The position numbers were made by a program, and so were the translations under genes. From contig NIVC01003851.1 of NCBI GenBank assembly GCA_002269645.1, positions 1 through 43,427 on the forward strand: a DNA stretch of 43,427 nt, given 5' to 3'. Below the pieces are notes generated by a model that had not been told where the DNA came from, searched no databases, and worked only from the letters and a program-made list of their open reading frames with translations. This DNA comes from Macrostomum lignano (Eukaryota). Positions 12,901 to 22,977 of this stretch are shown piece by piece (within the stretch, counting starts at the first letter, position 1; each line of letters opens with the position of its first letter).

Positions 12901-15900
12901 TCTCCTATCTCCCTTCTCCCCTCTCCTATCTCCCTTCTCTCCTCTCCTATCTTCCTTCTCCCATCTCATATCTCCCTTCGCCCCAAACCGCTCTCGCATT
13001 TCCCTTCTATATCCCCCGTATCGACTCTCTCCTCTCCTATCTCCCTATCTGGTCTCTGCATCTGTGTATCTACCATCTAATCTCACACTCAATCTCCAAT
13101 TCAACTCTATTCTCAAGCCAGTTCCCCTCACCTGCTCCTCAACAGTCAGCCGTGCAGTCTTCAACTCCTCAGCCAGCAATTCTCGCTCCATCCTGAGTCC
13201 ATCCAGCATCTCCTGTGAGCAGGCCAGCGTGGCAGTCATGGCGCCTACCTGTCGCTCTCGGTTCTCCTGCTCTTCAACCAGTTCAGCCTCCAGCTCGTGA
13301 ACCAGAAACGAGTCGTTCTTAAGCAGAGTGGCCCGCATTGCAGACCGGTGCTGATTGGTGGGCGGAGGCGGGTGCGACCTGGCCAGGCTGCTGATATCTG
13401 CAGACTCCGCTAGCCGCCTGTGCATATCGCCGATTCTCCTGACTCGAATGTTTACTTCGGCTTCGATGGCCTCTTTAGTGGAGACGCTCTGAGCAGCGGC
13501 CAGCTCCATCTCCAATTTCTCAACTTTATTATTCAAATTTTCCAACTGCTCATCTTGCTGCTCAGCCTCCGACCTGGCCTCGCCAAGTTGCTCTTCTAAT
13601 CTATCGATTTTTGCTTGCAGTTCGGCCAGCTTGCGTTTGTGAGCCTCAACCATGCGCTTCTTCAGGTTGTCGCTGATCCGCTGGGAAGTGTCCAGGTACT
13701 CGCGCAGGCGGGTGTCGTGGCGCTCCTGCAAGGGTCAATGGGGAATGGTTTAGTAGTTATAAATCAATGTCAGAGGCAAATTTTAAGAATTCAATCGCTA
13801 GACTCTAGGAAAAGGAATAGAAATGGCAGATTTTAACCACGAAATGGCAGATTTAACTACAAAATGGCAGATTTAACTACAAAATGGCAGATTTAACTAC
13901 AAAATGGCAGATTTTGAATCTACAAAATGGCAGATTTAACTACAAAATGGCAGATTTTGAATCTACAAAATGGCAGATTTAACTACAAAATGGCAGATTT
14001 TGAATCTACAAAATGGCAGATTTTGAATCTACAAAATGGCAGATTTTGAATCTACAAAATGGCAGATTTAACTACAAAATGGCAGATTTAACTACAAAAT
14101 GGCAGATTTTAGCTACAAAAATGGCAGATTCTGAATCTACAAAATGGCAGATTCTGAATCTACAAAATGGCAGATACTGAAACTACAAAACGGCAGATTC
14201 TGAAACTACAAAATGGCAGATTCTGAAACTACAAAATGGCAGATTCTGAAACTACAAAATGGCAGATTCTGAAACTACAAAATGGCAGATTCTGAAACTA
14301 CAAAATGGCAGATTCTGAAACTACAAAATGGCAGATTCTGAAACTACAAAATGGCAGATTCTGAAACTACAAAATGGCAGATTCTGAAACTACAAAATGG
14401 CAGATTCTGAAACTACAAAATGGCAGATTCTGAATCTACAAAATGGCAGATACTGAAACTACAAAATGGCAGATTCTGAAACTACAAAATGGCAGATTCT
14501 GAAACTACAAAATGGCAGATTTTGAAACTACAAAATAATTGAAGAATCTTGGAATAGCATTGCTCAGTTATATCACAACGTACCTCTTGCAGCTCCTTCT
14601 GCTCCTGAAGCTGCTGCTCAAATCGCTCCTCCACCTCGCTCATCAGCCGGTCCCGTTCGGCAATGAGCTCGCGTCTAATGCGCATCTCCCGCTCCTCCAT
14701 CTCCTCCTCTTGCTGCTGCACAGTTTGGCGCAGGTCTCCAATGAGCTTCAGCATCTCCTGCAGTAGTTTTAGGATTGGATTATCGTTTAATTTAGATATT
14801 GAAGTCACTAGATCTATTTATTGAAGCCTCTACATTAATCCAGCTATCTAGACGAGAAATCGATAGTTTATCTAGCCGGTTTTTTGAAAACAGATAGAAA
14901 TGCTTCAGGTCTCACTCTTAGATCTCAGAAATCACCCTTCGATACCCTTCAGGCCTCACCGTTAGATATCTTTCAGGCCTCACCCTTGGATATCCTTCAG
15001 GTCTCACTCTTAGATATCCTTCAGCCCTACTCTTAAATTCATCCGCACTACACTATTGAAAAGAGCATCATTTAAAGGAGTGCAAACCCACACCTCAAGC
15101 ACTGCAACTCGCTCATTCCTTACCTCCTTACTACACTGGGCAATGTCGGCCATTTCGAATTCATTCGCATCAACGTAGGTCACTTCGTACTGCTGCTCAT
15201 CCTCGCCATCGGAGTCTTCTTGATGGTCGCCGATCTCGTCTACTATTGGCTCAATTGGCTCAATTGGCTTAATCTCCTCCTGTTCATCTTTCTTAGCAAC
15301 CGTCGTCATAGCAGCCGCAGTAACAACTGTAGCTGTCATAGTTTTAGTCTGATAGACTGGCACAATAATAGTAGAATTATTATGACTGCTACTCTTAGCA
15401 GTAGCTGTAGTAACCGTAGTAGAAGTCTTATTACTATTAGTAGTAGTAGTAGCCGTAACCTTCCTAATTCCAATGCCGGGAGAGGCGGCATTCGGAGCGG
15501 CCAAGTGAAGCCGGTGCGGGGTCGGCGCCGTCACGGTGATGTTGCTGGCTAGCGCGCTGAATCTCAATACGTTTAAAGTGTCATCAAACAGACTGGCGCA
15601 CCTGCTGATATTCACAATCATAGTGGCCCTGCCGCTGCCGCTGAAGTACGGCTGTATCAACTGGGTGAGTTTGGACTCGCGGAACGGCACCAGCCTGGCT
15701 GATTTCGGATTCTGCTGATTGTGCTGAAGTGTTTCAATGCACCTGCGCAGAGTCAGCAGGCTGCTGTTGATGCTGCAGGCCTCGCGAGCGCGGTCGTTTG
15801 CGCCGATGTTGGCGCCGTATCGGGCTGTGCGCTGGCTCTCTGAACCGGCCAGGTCGCAGAATGTTAAACTGGACACCTGTTGTTTCCAATGCGTGTTTAT

Positions 15901-18900
15901 GCTGGGCTGTATAATAAACTCTCCGGAATATCTTCATCGGAATTCCCCAGATAAATACAAATTCAGAATCCTACTTACTGACTGAATTCCCCAGACTCTC
16001 TATGTGAATTCTCCAGACTCTCTATGTGAATTCCCCAGACTCTCTATGTGAATTCCCCAGACTCTCTATGTGAATTCCCCAGACTCTCTATGTGAATTCC
16101 CCAGACTCTCTATGTGAATTCCCCAGACTCTCTATCTGAATTCCCCAGACTCTCTAACTGAATTCCCCAGACTCTCTAACTGAATTCCCCAGACTCTCTA
16201 TCTGAATTCCCCAGACTCTCTAACTGAATTCCCCAGACTCTCTAACTGAATTCCCCAGACTCTATCTGAATTCCCCAGACTCTCTATCTGAATTCCCCAG
16301 ACTCTCTATCTGAATTCCCCAGATTCTCTATCTGAATTCCTCAGACTCTCCATATGAATTACCCATGCTCCCTATCTGAATTCCCCAGACTCCCTATCAG
16401 AATTCCCAAGACTCTTTATCTGAATTCCCAAGACCCTCTATCTGAATTCCGCAGACTATCTGAATTCCCTAGACTATCTGAATTCCCTAGTAGACTATCT
16501 GAATTGCACAACATCTCTATCTGAATTCCCCAGACTATCTGAAATCCCCAGACTCTCTACCTGAATTCCCTCGAAAAATGAATCTGAATTCTCTAGAATC
16601 CATCTAAATTCCCCCAAAATCCATCTGAATTCCCTAGACTCTCTATCTGAATTCCCCAGAGCCCCTTACCAATCCAAAATTAGGCGCCTCCTTATCCAAG
16701 CAGGTGACCAGGCGAACAGCGAACAGCGAGTGACTCCTGGAGGACTGCTGATTCAGAACGGTAGCGGCCACGCTCTGGTTCTGTTTGCCCAGCAACACGA
16801 GCCTGCAGGCGTCCTGAGCGCTGCACACAGGCAGGCAGCGCAGGCCTTTGATATAAAATTTGCCTGTCTTGTCCCAACGAACATCCAGAGCAGTCCGGCT
16901 CGGCTTCCGGCCGCGTTGAACAATCGGCTCCAGCAGGTCGTACACGACTTCGTTGTAGATCTCGGCGTACGAAACCCAGACGCAGAAGCGCTTCTGCGAT
17001 GACGGAACTGACGAAGCATCGCCAATCACTTCGCTGTCTGATTCGCAGGTTGTCGAAGAATCGACAGCAGCGTCCGATGACAGGCGGGAATCGAAAATCA
17101 CTGAATCGCGGGAATTGTTGCACCTGCAGTGGTTTTGCGATGGGGATGCGAGAAAGGATTTATATAAGTTGGCTAGGAATTCGATTTAAGATTATTCAGA
17201 TGGGAGATTTTCCCTGAAAATGGGATATTCTTCAGGAGATGGGAGATTTTAATTAAGAATGGGATTTTTTCAAATGAGAGATTTTTCCCTAAAAACGGGA
17301 TTTTTTCAGAAGATGGGAAATTTTCCCGTAAAATGGGAGATTCTTCAGAATATGGGACATTTTTCCTTTAAAATGGGATATTTTTCAGAAGATGGGAGAT
17401 TTTTTCCCTGAAAATGGGATATTATTTTGAAGATGAGATTTTTCCCTGAAAATGGGATTATTTTCAGAAGACAGGAGATTTTTCCCTAAAAACGGGCGTT
17501 TTTTAAAGATGTAATTTTCCCTAAAATGGGATGTTCTTAAAATGGGAGATTTTCCCTGAAAATGGGATATTCCTAAAATGGGAGATTTTTTCCAAAAAAT
17601 GGGACATTCTTTAAATGGGAGATTTTATTCGAAAATGGGATTTTCATCAGGATATTGGAGACTTTTCCCGAAAAATGGGAAACTCGTTACAATATAGGAG
17701 ATTTTCTGGTAAAAATAGGATATGATGGGAGATTTTTCCCTAAAAATGGGATCCTCTTCAGAAGATAGCAGATTTTTCTCTGAAATTGGGAGATTCTTCA
17801 GAGGAGCTTCTTTCCCTATTGAAAGGGAAATTCAATAGTTGTAATTAATAAACTGCTGCAAGTATACCAACTACAAATAGAAACAACCTACCAGGCGGTT
17901 GCCACAGCCTCTCCAGCCTCATAGGACTGCAGTAGGGCTTTGGTTTTCTTAAACGCAGCTTCAGCATCTCCTCTGGACAGCTGGACAGCTTGGCTAAAAC
18001 TGTCCGGACGGAATAAACAGCCAGGCTGAGCAGGCGTTGACAACAGGCGGTCGCCAATGTTGTCGAACAGAGATTTCAGGGCGCGCGGCAGAATGCCGGG
18101 TTGGTCGCCGCTGCCCTGCAAAAATGATACGATTAATTTTCTGATTACGCGCTCTGATGTGCCCCGATGAAAATGGTACCTGTGCCAAAAAGCATCCCAG
18201 AGTCACTTGCGTCGCCTTGTTGTAGGTAGGTAATACAGGTAAAATGTAAAAATAAGTGACCCAAGACTCTGAAACGACCCGGGGCGATTCTACAAATATA
18301 TCGACTCTGGAGCAAAATATTAGTATCTGAGGAAGTATCTCCCCTCTCTCCTATCTACCTCTCTCTTATCTACCTCTCTTCTATCTACCTCTCTCCTATC
18401 TACCTCTGTCCTATCTACCTCTATCTACCTCTCTTCTATCTATCTATCTATCTATTACGTCTACTTATCTACGTCTACTACTCTATTTCTCTCCTATCTA
18501 CCTCTCTTAAGGGGGCCGTAGCCCAGCGGTAGCGCAGCTGCTCTGGTGTGCCAGCGGCCCAGGCTCGATTCCAAGTGCAGTCGCATTAATTTGGGGCTGA
18601 ATTGGAATCTCGACTTGGCTCTGCTCGTGCAATTAACGGCCTTGAGAGCCAACCCCCAAGGCGCAGTGAAGTGTACATGCCTAACGATAAAATAAAGTTA
18701 GGGCCGCTGTACACTCCTGTGTGAGTGTGTGCCTGTGCGTATGACTGCTCAGGGGAGTCAGGCGCCAGGATAACCACAGCCCCTGGCCTCTACATTATAG
18801 TATTTATAGCTTCAAAATCCAGCGATGTGAATAGGAGGATTGAAAGCCAGTCCAACTCACTTGAATAGTATGAGTCTTGCCAGCGCTTGTGACACCATAG

Positions 18901-19494
18901 CTGAAGACAAGGCCGCTGTGACCTTGCAGCAGCTGCTTGACAAGGTCAGCCACTGTACCGTCAAACATCTGCGACTGACTGACTGACTCGTTGAACACTC
19001 GGCTGAAGGCGAACCGATGCGACAGGCGCTCGCTATCCCGCAGATGCCCAGCAGGTGGAGCGTCAGCCGATGCGTTAGCAACAATTGATTTTGGCCCGTC
19101 AATTGTGAAGCAGTGCTTCTCTTCGCCAGCAGCGAGCTCGGCTTCAGTGAGAGGTCGGACTCGCAGGTAGATTTTCATTCGATCCGACACCGCATGCGCT
19201 GTTGATGCCGATGCAACGCTGCCAGTCTGCTCTGAGCGGCTGACGTCCAGGCTGCTGAATCGCAGCTTCTGACGAATGGACTGCAGTGGCAGTTCAGCTT
19301 CCAGCTTGTCAACATCTGGCTGAGGCTGGGGCGCATTGGGGCGCTTGTTCTGCAGCTCCGCTAGGGTGTCTGGTTAAGTATAAAAAAGAACAGCAGTATC
19401 GATTAAATATGATTCTAAATATACAACCTTTGAACTTACACAAGCCAAGAGACTTGTCGGAGGGCTCTGCAGGTAGACACAGGTTTTTCAACAT
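1..19494 (-). CDS. KIF20: Kinesin-6 family motor (KIF20A/KIF20B/MKLP2-like), multi-exon gene, 3' end beyond window start
   Basis: Motifs IYLRVRP, YGVTSAGKTHTIQG (P-loop), GILPRAL, long L6 insertion, VWVSYAEIYNE, SSRSH (switch I), DLAGSE (switch II), VPFRESKLT, then a long coiled coil. GT-AG exons join in frame by manual translation: 19440-19494, 18861-19369, 17892-18115, 16670-17123, 15124-15876, 14584-14757, 13132-13725, 12550-12762, 12168-12284, 11034-11117, 5x(87+135 nt), 3450-3566, 2252-2368, 2042-2158, 1252-1644 (two 1-nt discrepancies), 1-102. Confidence 0.93.
425..1180. repeat. Intronic minisatellite, 30-bp unit ATTTCTAAGAAACGCAGATCAATAAATCTC
   Basis: About 25 tandem units; explains the 10-aa-periodic ORF 644-892. 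Confidence 0.95.
1252..1644 (-). CDS. KIF20: Kinesin late coiled-coil/tail exon with two apparent 1-nt indels
   Basis: The frame ENRATAAEAEAEVARRNVADLQGRL... is coiled-coil-like. A second frame (PPPPRLSSRAST...TKRQRVR) ends at a phase-0 GTGAGT donor. Confidence 0.65.
1688..1882 (-). mobile_element. tRNA-derived SINE (family A)
   Basis: Reverse strand has an A-box-like TAGCCTAGTGATTAG, a B-box GGTTCGATTCC, then a body ...CAGCTGTAAAATGGG... that recurs near 43177. Confidence 0.7.
1884..2030 (+). mobile_element. 5'-truncated tRNA-derived SINE (family B)
   Basis: Matches the copy at 18511 (GGCTCGATTyCAAGTGCAGTC...CTTGGCTCTGCTCGTGCAATTAACG). Confidence 0.7.
2042..2158 (-). CDS. KIF20: Kinesin coiled-coil exon, 117 nt (LQEQLSADTDTIQAKQNQINEL...)
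   Basis: TTACAG acceptor, GTGAGT donor, phase 0, open. Confidence 0.8.
2252..2368 (-). CDS. KIF20: Kinesin coiled-coil exon, 117 nt (LEQQLELESVASIEKDQLL...)
   Basis: ACAG acceptor, GTAAAT donor, phase 0, open. Confidence 0.78.
2430..3437. repeat. Intronic minisatellite, 24-25-bp unit GGGACTAGCTGT(TT/GTG)GTACAGGGGT
   Basis: About 40 tandem units, grading from the 24-bp to the 25-bp variant. Confidence 0.95.
3450..3566 (-). CDS. KIF20: Kinesin coiled-coil exon, 117 nt (LRDELVAGQVKLDAKETELNEL...)
   Basis: TTCTAG acceptor, GTGAGT donor, phase 0, open. Confidence 0.8.
3860..3915. repeat. (GACA)n microsatellite
   Basis: About 14 perfect units. Confidence 0.95.
4798..5086 (-). CDS. KIF20: Repeated exon pair, copy 5 (5000-5086 and 4798-4932)
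   Basis: LRRR variant; splice sites intact. Confidence 0.8.
5200..5640. repeat. About 37-bp minisatellite CAGCAATTTTTCGGGTTTGTTAAAATCCTCAGATTTG
   Basis: About 11 units; a shorter version of the same intron sequence lies at about 10840-10950. Confidence 0.85.
8025..8313 (-). CDS. KIF20: Repeated exon pair, copy 4 (8227-8313 and 8025-8159)
   Basis: EDQLKQ variant; splice sites intact. Confidence 0.75.
9015..9303 (-). CDS. KIF20: Repeated exon pair, copy 3 (9217-9303 and 9015-9149)
   Basis: LRRR variant; splice sites intact. Confidence 0.75.
9518..9806 (-). CDS. KIF20: Repeated exon pair, copy 2 (9720-9806 and 9518-9652)
   Basis: Near-identical to copy 1; splice sites intact. Confidence 0.75.
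10452..10740 (-). CDS. KIF20: Repeated exon pair, copy 1 (10654-10740 and 10452-10586)
   Basis: LNQQLAQLQSQLAEKSRDSDKLSIELNET, 67-nt intron, VEKLRQSEAKLES...ENQLKQ; intact GT-AG, phase 0. Confidence 0.85.
11034..11117 (-). CDS. KIF20: Kinesin coiled-coil exon, 84 nt (LNQQLLELKDQLESS...)
   Basis: TTCAG acceptor, GTGAGC donor; starts LNQQL like the repeated 87-nt exon. Confidence 0.75.
11184..12108. repeat. Intronic minisatellite, 28/31-bp unit GGCCCAGCAACTGAGGATCTGGGAGGCT(GGT)
   Basis: About 30 tandem units between two kinesin exons. Confidence 0.95.
12168..12284 (-). CDS. KIF20: Kinesin coiled-coil exon, 117 nt (LVQKLREEMADSKAKDAKL...)
   Basis: CCAG acceptor, GTATGA donor, phase 0. Confidence 0.8.
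12550..12762 (-). CDS. KIF20: Kinesin stalk exon (71 aa, AETISQLRSRIEAL...)
   Basis: CCCAG acceptor, GTGAGT donor, open phase-0 frame; not in the ORF track. Confidence 0.8.
12825..13075. repeat. CT-rich degenerate intronic repeat
   Basis: CTCCTATCTCCC motifs; regular 21-bp counterpart at 33765-34290. Confidence 0.75.
13132..13725 (-). CDS. KIF20: Kinesin coiled-coil exon (198 aa)
   Basis: TTGCAG acceptor, GTGAGG donor, open frame. Confidence 0.88.
13820..14534. repeat. Intronic minisatellite, 20-23-bp unit CTACAAAATGGCAGATTCTGAAA
   Basis: About 32 tandem units. Confidence 0.95.
14584..14757 (-). CDS. KIF20: Kinesin coiled-coil exon (58 aa)
   Basis: CTGCAG acceptor, GTACGT donor, E/Q/R/L-rich. 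Confidence 0.88.
14905..15030. repeat. Short ~25-bp intronic minisatellite (TTAGATATCCTTCAGGCCTCAC..)
   Basis: About 5 degenerate units; expanded in the copy at 32075-32360. Confidence 0.75.
15124..15876 (-). CDS. KIF20: Kinesin motor exon (switch II to end of motor) plus Thr-rich and acidic linker
   Basis: LTFCDLAGSE, INSSLLTLRRCI, VPFRESKLTQ, TMIVNIS; phase-0 splice sites. Confidence 0.95.
15983..16660. repeat. Intronic minisatellite, 22-bp unit TGAATTCCCCAGACTCTCTAT(G/C)
   Basis: About 30 tandem units. Confidence 0.95.
16670..17123 (-). CDS. KIF20: Kinesin motor exon (loop 6 insertion to switch I)
   Basis: FCVWVSYAEIYNEVVYDLL and LNQQSSRSHSLF; CAG acceptor and GTAAGG donor in matching phase. 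Confidence 0.93.
17195..17800. repeat. Degenerate intronic satellite (AAAATGGGAGATTTTTCCCT-like)
   Basis: Recurrent ATGGGA motif about every 20 bp. Confidence 0.75.
17892..18115 (-). CDS. KIF20: Kinesin motor exon (GSGDQPGILPRALKSLF...)
   Basis: TTTTGCAG acceptor, phase 0; GTAGGT donor, phase 2. Confidence 0.9.
18340..18507. repeat. CTCTCCTATCTACCT-type (~15 bp) low-complexity repeat
   Basis: Tandem degenerate units. Confidence 0.75.
18511..18810 (+). mobile_element. tRNA-derived SINE (family B) in a kinesin intron, antisense to the gene
   Basis: GGGGGCCGTAGCCCAGCGGTAG (A box), GGCTCGATTCC (B box); second copy at 1884; 3' boundary approximate. Confidence 0.7.
18861..19369 (-). CDS. KIF20: Kinesin exon: N-terminal extension, motor start and P-loop
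   Basis: Pyrimidine tract/CAG acceptor; RMKIYLRVRP...YGVTSAGKTHTIQ; GTGAGT donor. Confidence 0.93.
19440..19494 (-). CDS. KIF20: Kinesin putative first coding exon (MLKNLCLPAEPSDKSLGL)
   Basis: ATG at 19494 and GTAAGT donor; a 70-nt intron joins it in frame to the next exon. An alternative 5' model exists (see findings). Confidence 0.55.
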
Positions 19495-19509
19495 ATTATA
19501 GTATATGCC

Positions 19510-20056
19510 CCCTATTGGAATAAATGTTGAAAACTTGTGGACACACGCTTTAGAAAAAGAGTCAAATTATTTTACCGCACTTTATGATTATTAGAAATCA
19601 TTTTCTGTCGAAATCAAAATTTGCCAACTTTTGAAATCGTAATTAAAATTTTCCAAAATCAAAATTCAGAAAAACAAAGTTTACTATGACCAAAACTCAC
19701 TTTTTACTATTGATTTACTGCTCATGCAAAACAAAATACATGGATATATAGCGCAAATTAGTTTATTTTTAGCCACTTTTTATACGCTTCCAAAATTTTC
19801 ACTTCTAAATTGTTTTGAAATCGAAATTCTACATTTTGGAAAATCAAAATCAAAATTTTTGAACATGTCTAAGCATTATACAAGAAATACGAGTGTATAA
19901 GCCCCTTCCACAAAGGTATTAGACCCTCTTCAATGTATATTTATTTTCTAGAGCAGCAGCCAGTAGGAAAAGGGCAGCTTTAATAAAGGGCAATTTAGAA
20001 AAAATTTGAAAGTGCGCCAGACACTGTCCGCGGTTTTACAACTTTTTCCTATAGGG
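19510..20056. mobile_element. 547-bp non-autonomous DNA transposon (MITE-like)
   Basis: Ends CCCTATTGGAATAAA...TTTTTCCTATAGGG. Perfect flanking duplication TATATGCC at 19502-19509 and 20057-20064 (9-bp GTATATGCC if the terminal G is assigned to the TSD). Confidence 0.75.
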
Positions 20057-20198
20057 TATATGCCTCTTTAACTGATAGGCATCTCACCTTGAAGGTTTTA
20101 TTTCATATACAATTATTATTCATCACTATACCTAAAAATCAAAAAATAATTATAGCATGGCTTAATTTATTGGCTTTATAAATCTTTTCTACCATCTA

Positions 20199-21506
20199 CG
20201 AGGGCTGAGCAATAAGTTTCCGGATGTTGCCCAGACAGAAATAGTTAGAGAGAAAAAAACAGTTACATCTTTTCAAAGTACTCTCCAGCAGATTCGATGC
20301 AAATTTTCATGCGCTCAAACCACTTGCTGAAGCAGCTGGACCAATCTGAAGCAGGCACCTCCACCGCATGCCGGATGAAGGCCTCCACTGCAGCTTCTGG
20401 TGATCCATAGCGGATTCCACGCATCCTGCGCTTGATTTGTGGAAACACAAAAAAGTCGCAGGGGGCCAGGTCGGGGCTGTAGGGTGGATGACCGAGCTTT
20501 TGAATGCGCTCTCCGGCCAGAAACTCCGCCATCTGTCATGCCTTGTGGGCCGGGGCGTTGTTGTGATGGAGAAGGATGCCCCGAGCTCGAGTCCTTGGGC
20601 GACGCCTGGAGAGAGCGCTCAGCACTTCTGGCAGGCAAACATTGGCATACCAGTCACCGGTGACTGTGCCCTGCTGCACGAGTGGAACCGTGGCCAGATG
20701 ACCGGTTTTCGCCACAAAAACGGCCACCATCTGCTTCGCCACGCTGCGCTCTCGCCGAAGCTTGGATGGTGGGGTGCCGCCAACTGGAGTCCACTGGGCC
20801 GACTGCTGCTTAGTCTCCGGGTCGAAACTATAGATACAGGACTCGTCACCACTGACAATATCCCAGACCGAGTTTGAGCTGCCTCCGTTGAATCTGTCGA
20901 GCATGGTGCGGCACCAGGTCACCCGAGCCTCCTTCTGCTCCGGAGTCAGCTGATGAGGCATCCAGCGTGCAGAAATCTTGCTCCGGTTGAGCTGCGAATG
21001 CAGGATCGTCCTGATGGATCCTGATGAGATGCCCATCTCTGCCTCTATCTGGGCCACAGTCACTCGGGCATCATCCTCAACCATGGCCCGGACAGCAGCA
21101 ACATTATCCTCGGTCGTCGCGGAGACCGGCCGGCCACTGCGCTCCTCATCATCCAGACTCTGCCTGCCGCGTCGAAATTCGGCAAACCAGTCAAAAACGG
21201 TGGATCTAGATAGTGCTTCATCCCCAAAAGCTCCTTGCAATCGCTCAACTTTCTTGCTGCCGCAAACCACTTTTATAATCGTAATAAATCATTGCTCTAA
21301 AATGACTCCTATTGAGCTCCATTGTGAATTTGATAGATAGGGTGGGTATGCTAGCTTGGTTTGGGTGCTGCACTGGCTATATATGACCAGTGTGTCTGAA
21401 ACTTTACAAACATTGTACTTATATAATGTACTTGACACCTATGGTGTCAGATTTTGTCAGCCGCCTCTCAACTATGCACATCCAGAAACTTATTGCTCAG
21501 CCCTCA
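20199..21506 (-). mobile_element. Full-length decayed mariner (DD34D) transposon, 1,308 bp
   Basis: ~28-bp terminal inverted repeats (TIRs) (C/T)GAGGGCTGAGCAATAAGTTTC flanked by TA at both ends. Transposase has WMPHQL, IVSGDES and YSPDLAPCD, with 34 residues between catalytic positions 2 and 3. Confidence 0.95.
20263..21322 (-). pseudogene. Mariner transposase, inactivated
   Basis: ATG at 21322 (MELNRSHFRAMIYYDYKSGL), frameshift near 21250, second catalytic D changed to N (HHNN), in-frame TGA at 20536-20538. Confidence 0.9.
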
Positions 21507-21789
21507 TATTGCACATATTGTTACAGTCAGCTAAGAATCATAAAATAGATTCATAAAACCAATAACATAAGCTATGCTATTTTTATATAGTATTTTTAAG
21601 TATAGGACACATTTAGATTAACCTAGAATGCTGACTTTCTATACAAAAGGCTTTATGAATATCCATAATTATAAGAAAGCTAAAACATATTAAAAGATAA
21701 ACATTAGGTCTAGCTCCTATTGAAAGCAATTATTTCTGTGCAAAAAAAGCTCTTTTTTTCAAGGTAATGAAGAAGCATTAAAAGTGGCT

Positions 21790-22070
21790 AAAAAGTGTAT
21801 AAAAGAGCGGCTAAAAATAAACTAATTTATGCTACATATGCATATATTTTGTCTTGCATAAGTAGTAAATCAAGAATAAAAAAAATGAGTTTTGGTCATA
21901 CTAAACTTTTTTTTAATTTTGATTTTGGAAAATTTTAATTATGATTTTGGAAAGTAAACAAATTTTGATTTTGACAGAAAATGATTTCTAAGAATCCTAA
22001 AATGTGGTAAAATAATTGGACTTTTTATAAAGCATGTGACTACAAGTCTTTAATATTTATTCCAATAGGG
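21790..22070 (-). mobile_element. Diverged inverted homolog of the first ~280 bp of the 19510 element
   Basis: Reverse complement aligns by eye to 19510-19790 at roughly 80% identity. Confidence 0.7.
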
Positions 22071-22116
22071 TTTATTCCCATAGGTATAAGGCCATATATA
22101 TCAAATATATCATTAT

Positions 22117-22977
22117 TAGTGTTCCGCTGTAGCCATAGTGGAGGGATCCTATGGCAAATATGGTAAAATAGGTGCCTATGGCAGCTATGGATATGCCTAC
22201 AGTAGCTAGCTGCTCTTATAGCTACGACTATGGAAATATGGTAGTTGCTATCACATTCAGCAGATTCCCATAGCCATAGTTATTAATGTTAAAAAAATTG
22301 AAAAAATATTAGAAACAGGTAGAGTAAAACAAAGATACTTTTAGTTAGTGTTCCACCGTAAGGAGGGTCAATGTACCATAGCTGTAGCCATAAGCAAAAC
22401 TATGGCTTATTCCAATTTGCCGTAGGGACCCCGAAATTACCATATTCCCATAGTTCCCATAGCTATAGCCGTAGTTTTAACAAAAAGTCTAGAAAACAAA
22501 ATATTTTGAATCAAGAAGATAACCTAATGCTAAACAACTGCAAATTAAGTTAGAAAATAAAAGAAACATTTGATTGCCCTTGTATTGTAAGATTATATTT
22601 TGTCTTTTTTAGAGCAACAATCCCAATTGTTACTAAAAGTACTAATGCTAAACTTTTTCACATTAATTAAAATTAGAGTTTGCTTGTATTTTATTGTACT
22701 TTTTTAGATATATTTTATAAGTTTCTAGGTTGATAATACAGTTTACTAAAAGTATATTTGTTTTATTCTACCTGTTTCTAATATTTTTTCAATTTTTTAA
22801 TATTAATAAATATGGCTATGGGAATCTATGGAATTGACAGCAACTACCATATTTCTGTAGTTGTAGCCATAACAGCAGCTAGCTACCGTAGGTGTATTTG
22901 TAGCTGCCGTAGGCACCTATTTTACCATATTTGCCGTAGAATCCCGTAGTAGTAGCTACAGCTATGGCAGAACACTA
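22117..22977. mobile_element. Foldback/MITE-like element with ~230-bp imperfect inverted arms
   Basis: 22117-22340 is the reverse complement of about 22750-22977; termini TAGTGTTC/GAACACTA; a third internal end at 22346; no TSD seen. Confidence 0.65.

Noticed and set aside
19470-19545. Imperfect palindrome around the kinesin ATG
   Set aside because: The arms are short and AT-rich with mismatches, and one lies inside the inserted element; probably chance.
19510-22070. One large element with long TIRs enclosing the mariner
   Set aside because: The left element already closes at 20056 with a perfect TSD; the right-hand flank match is only partial.
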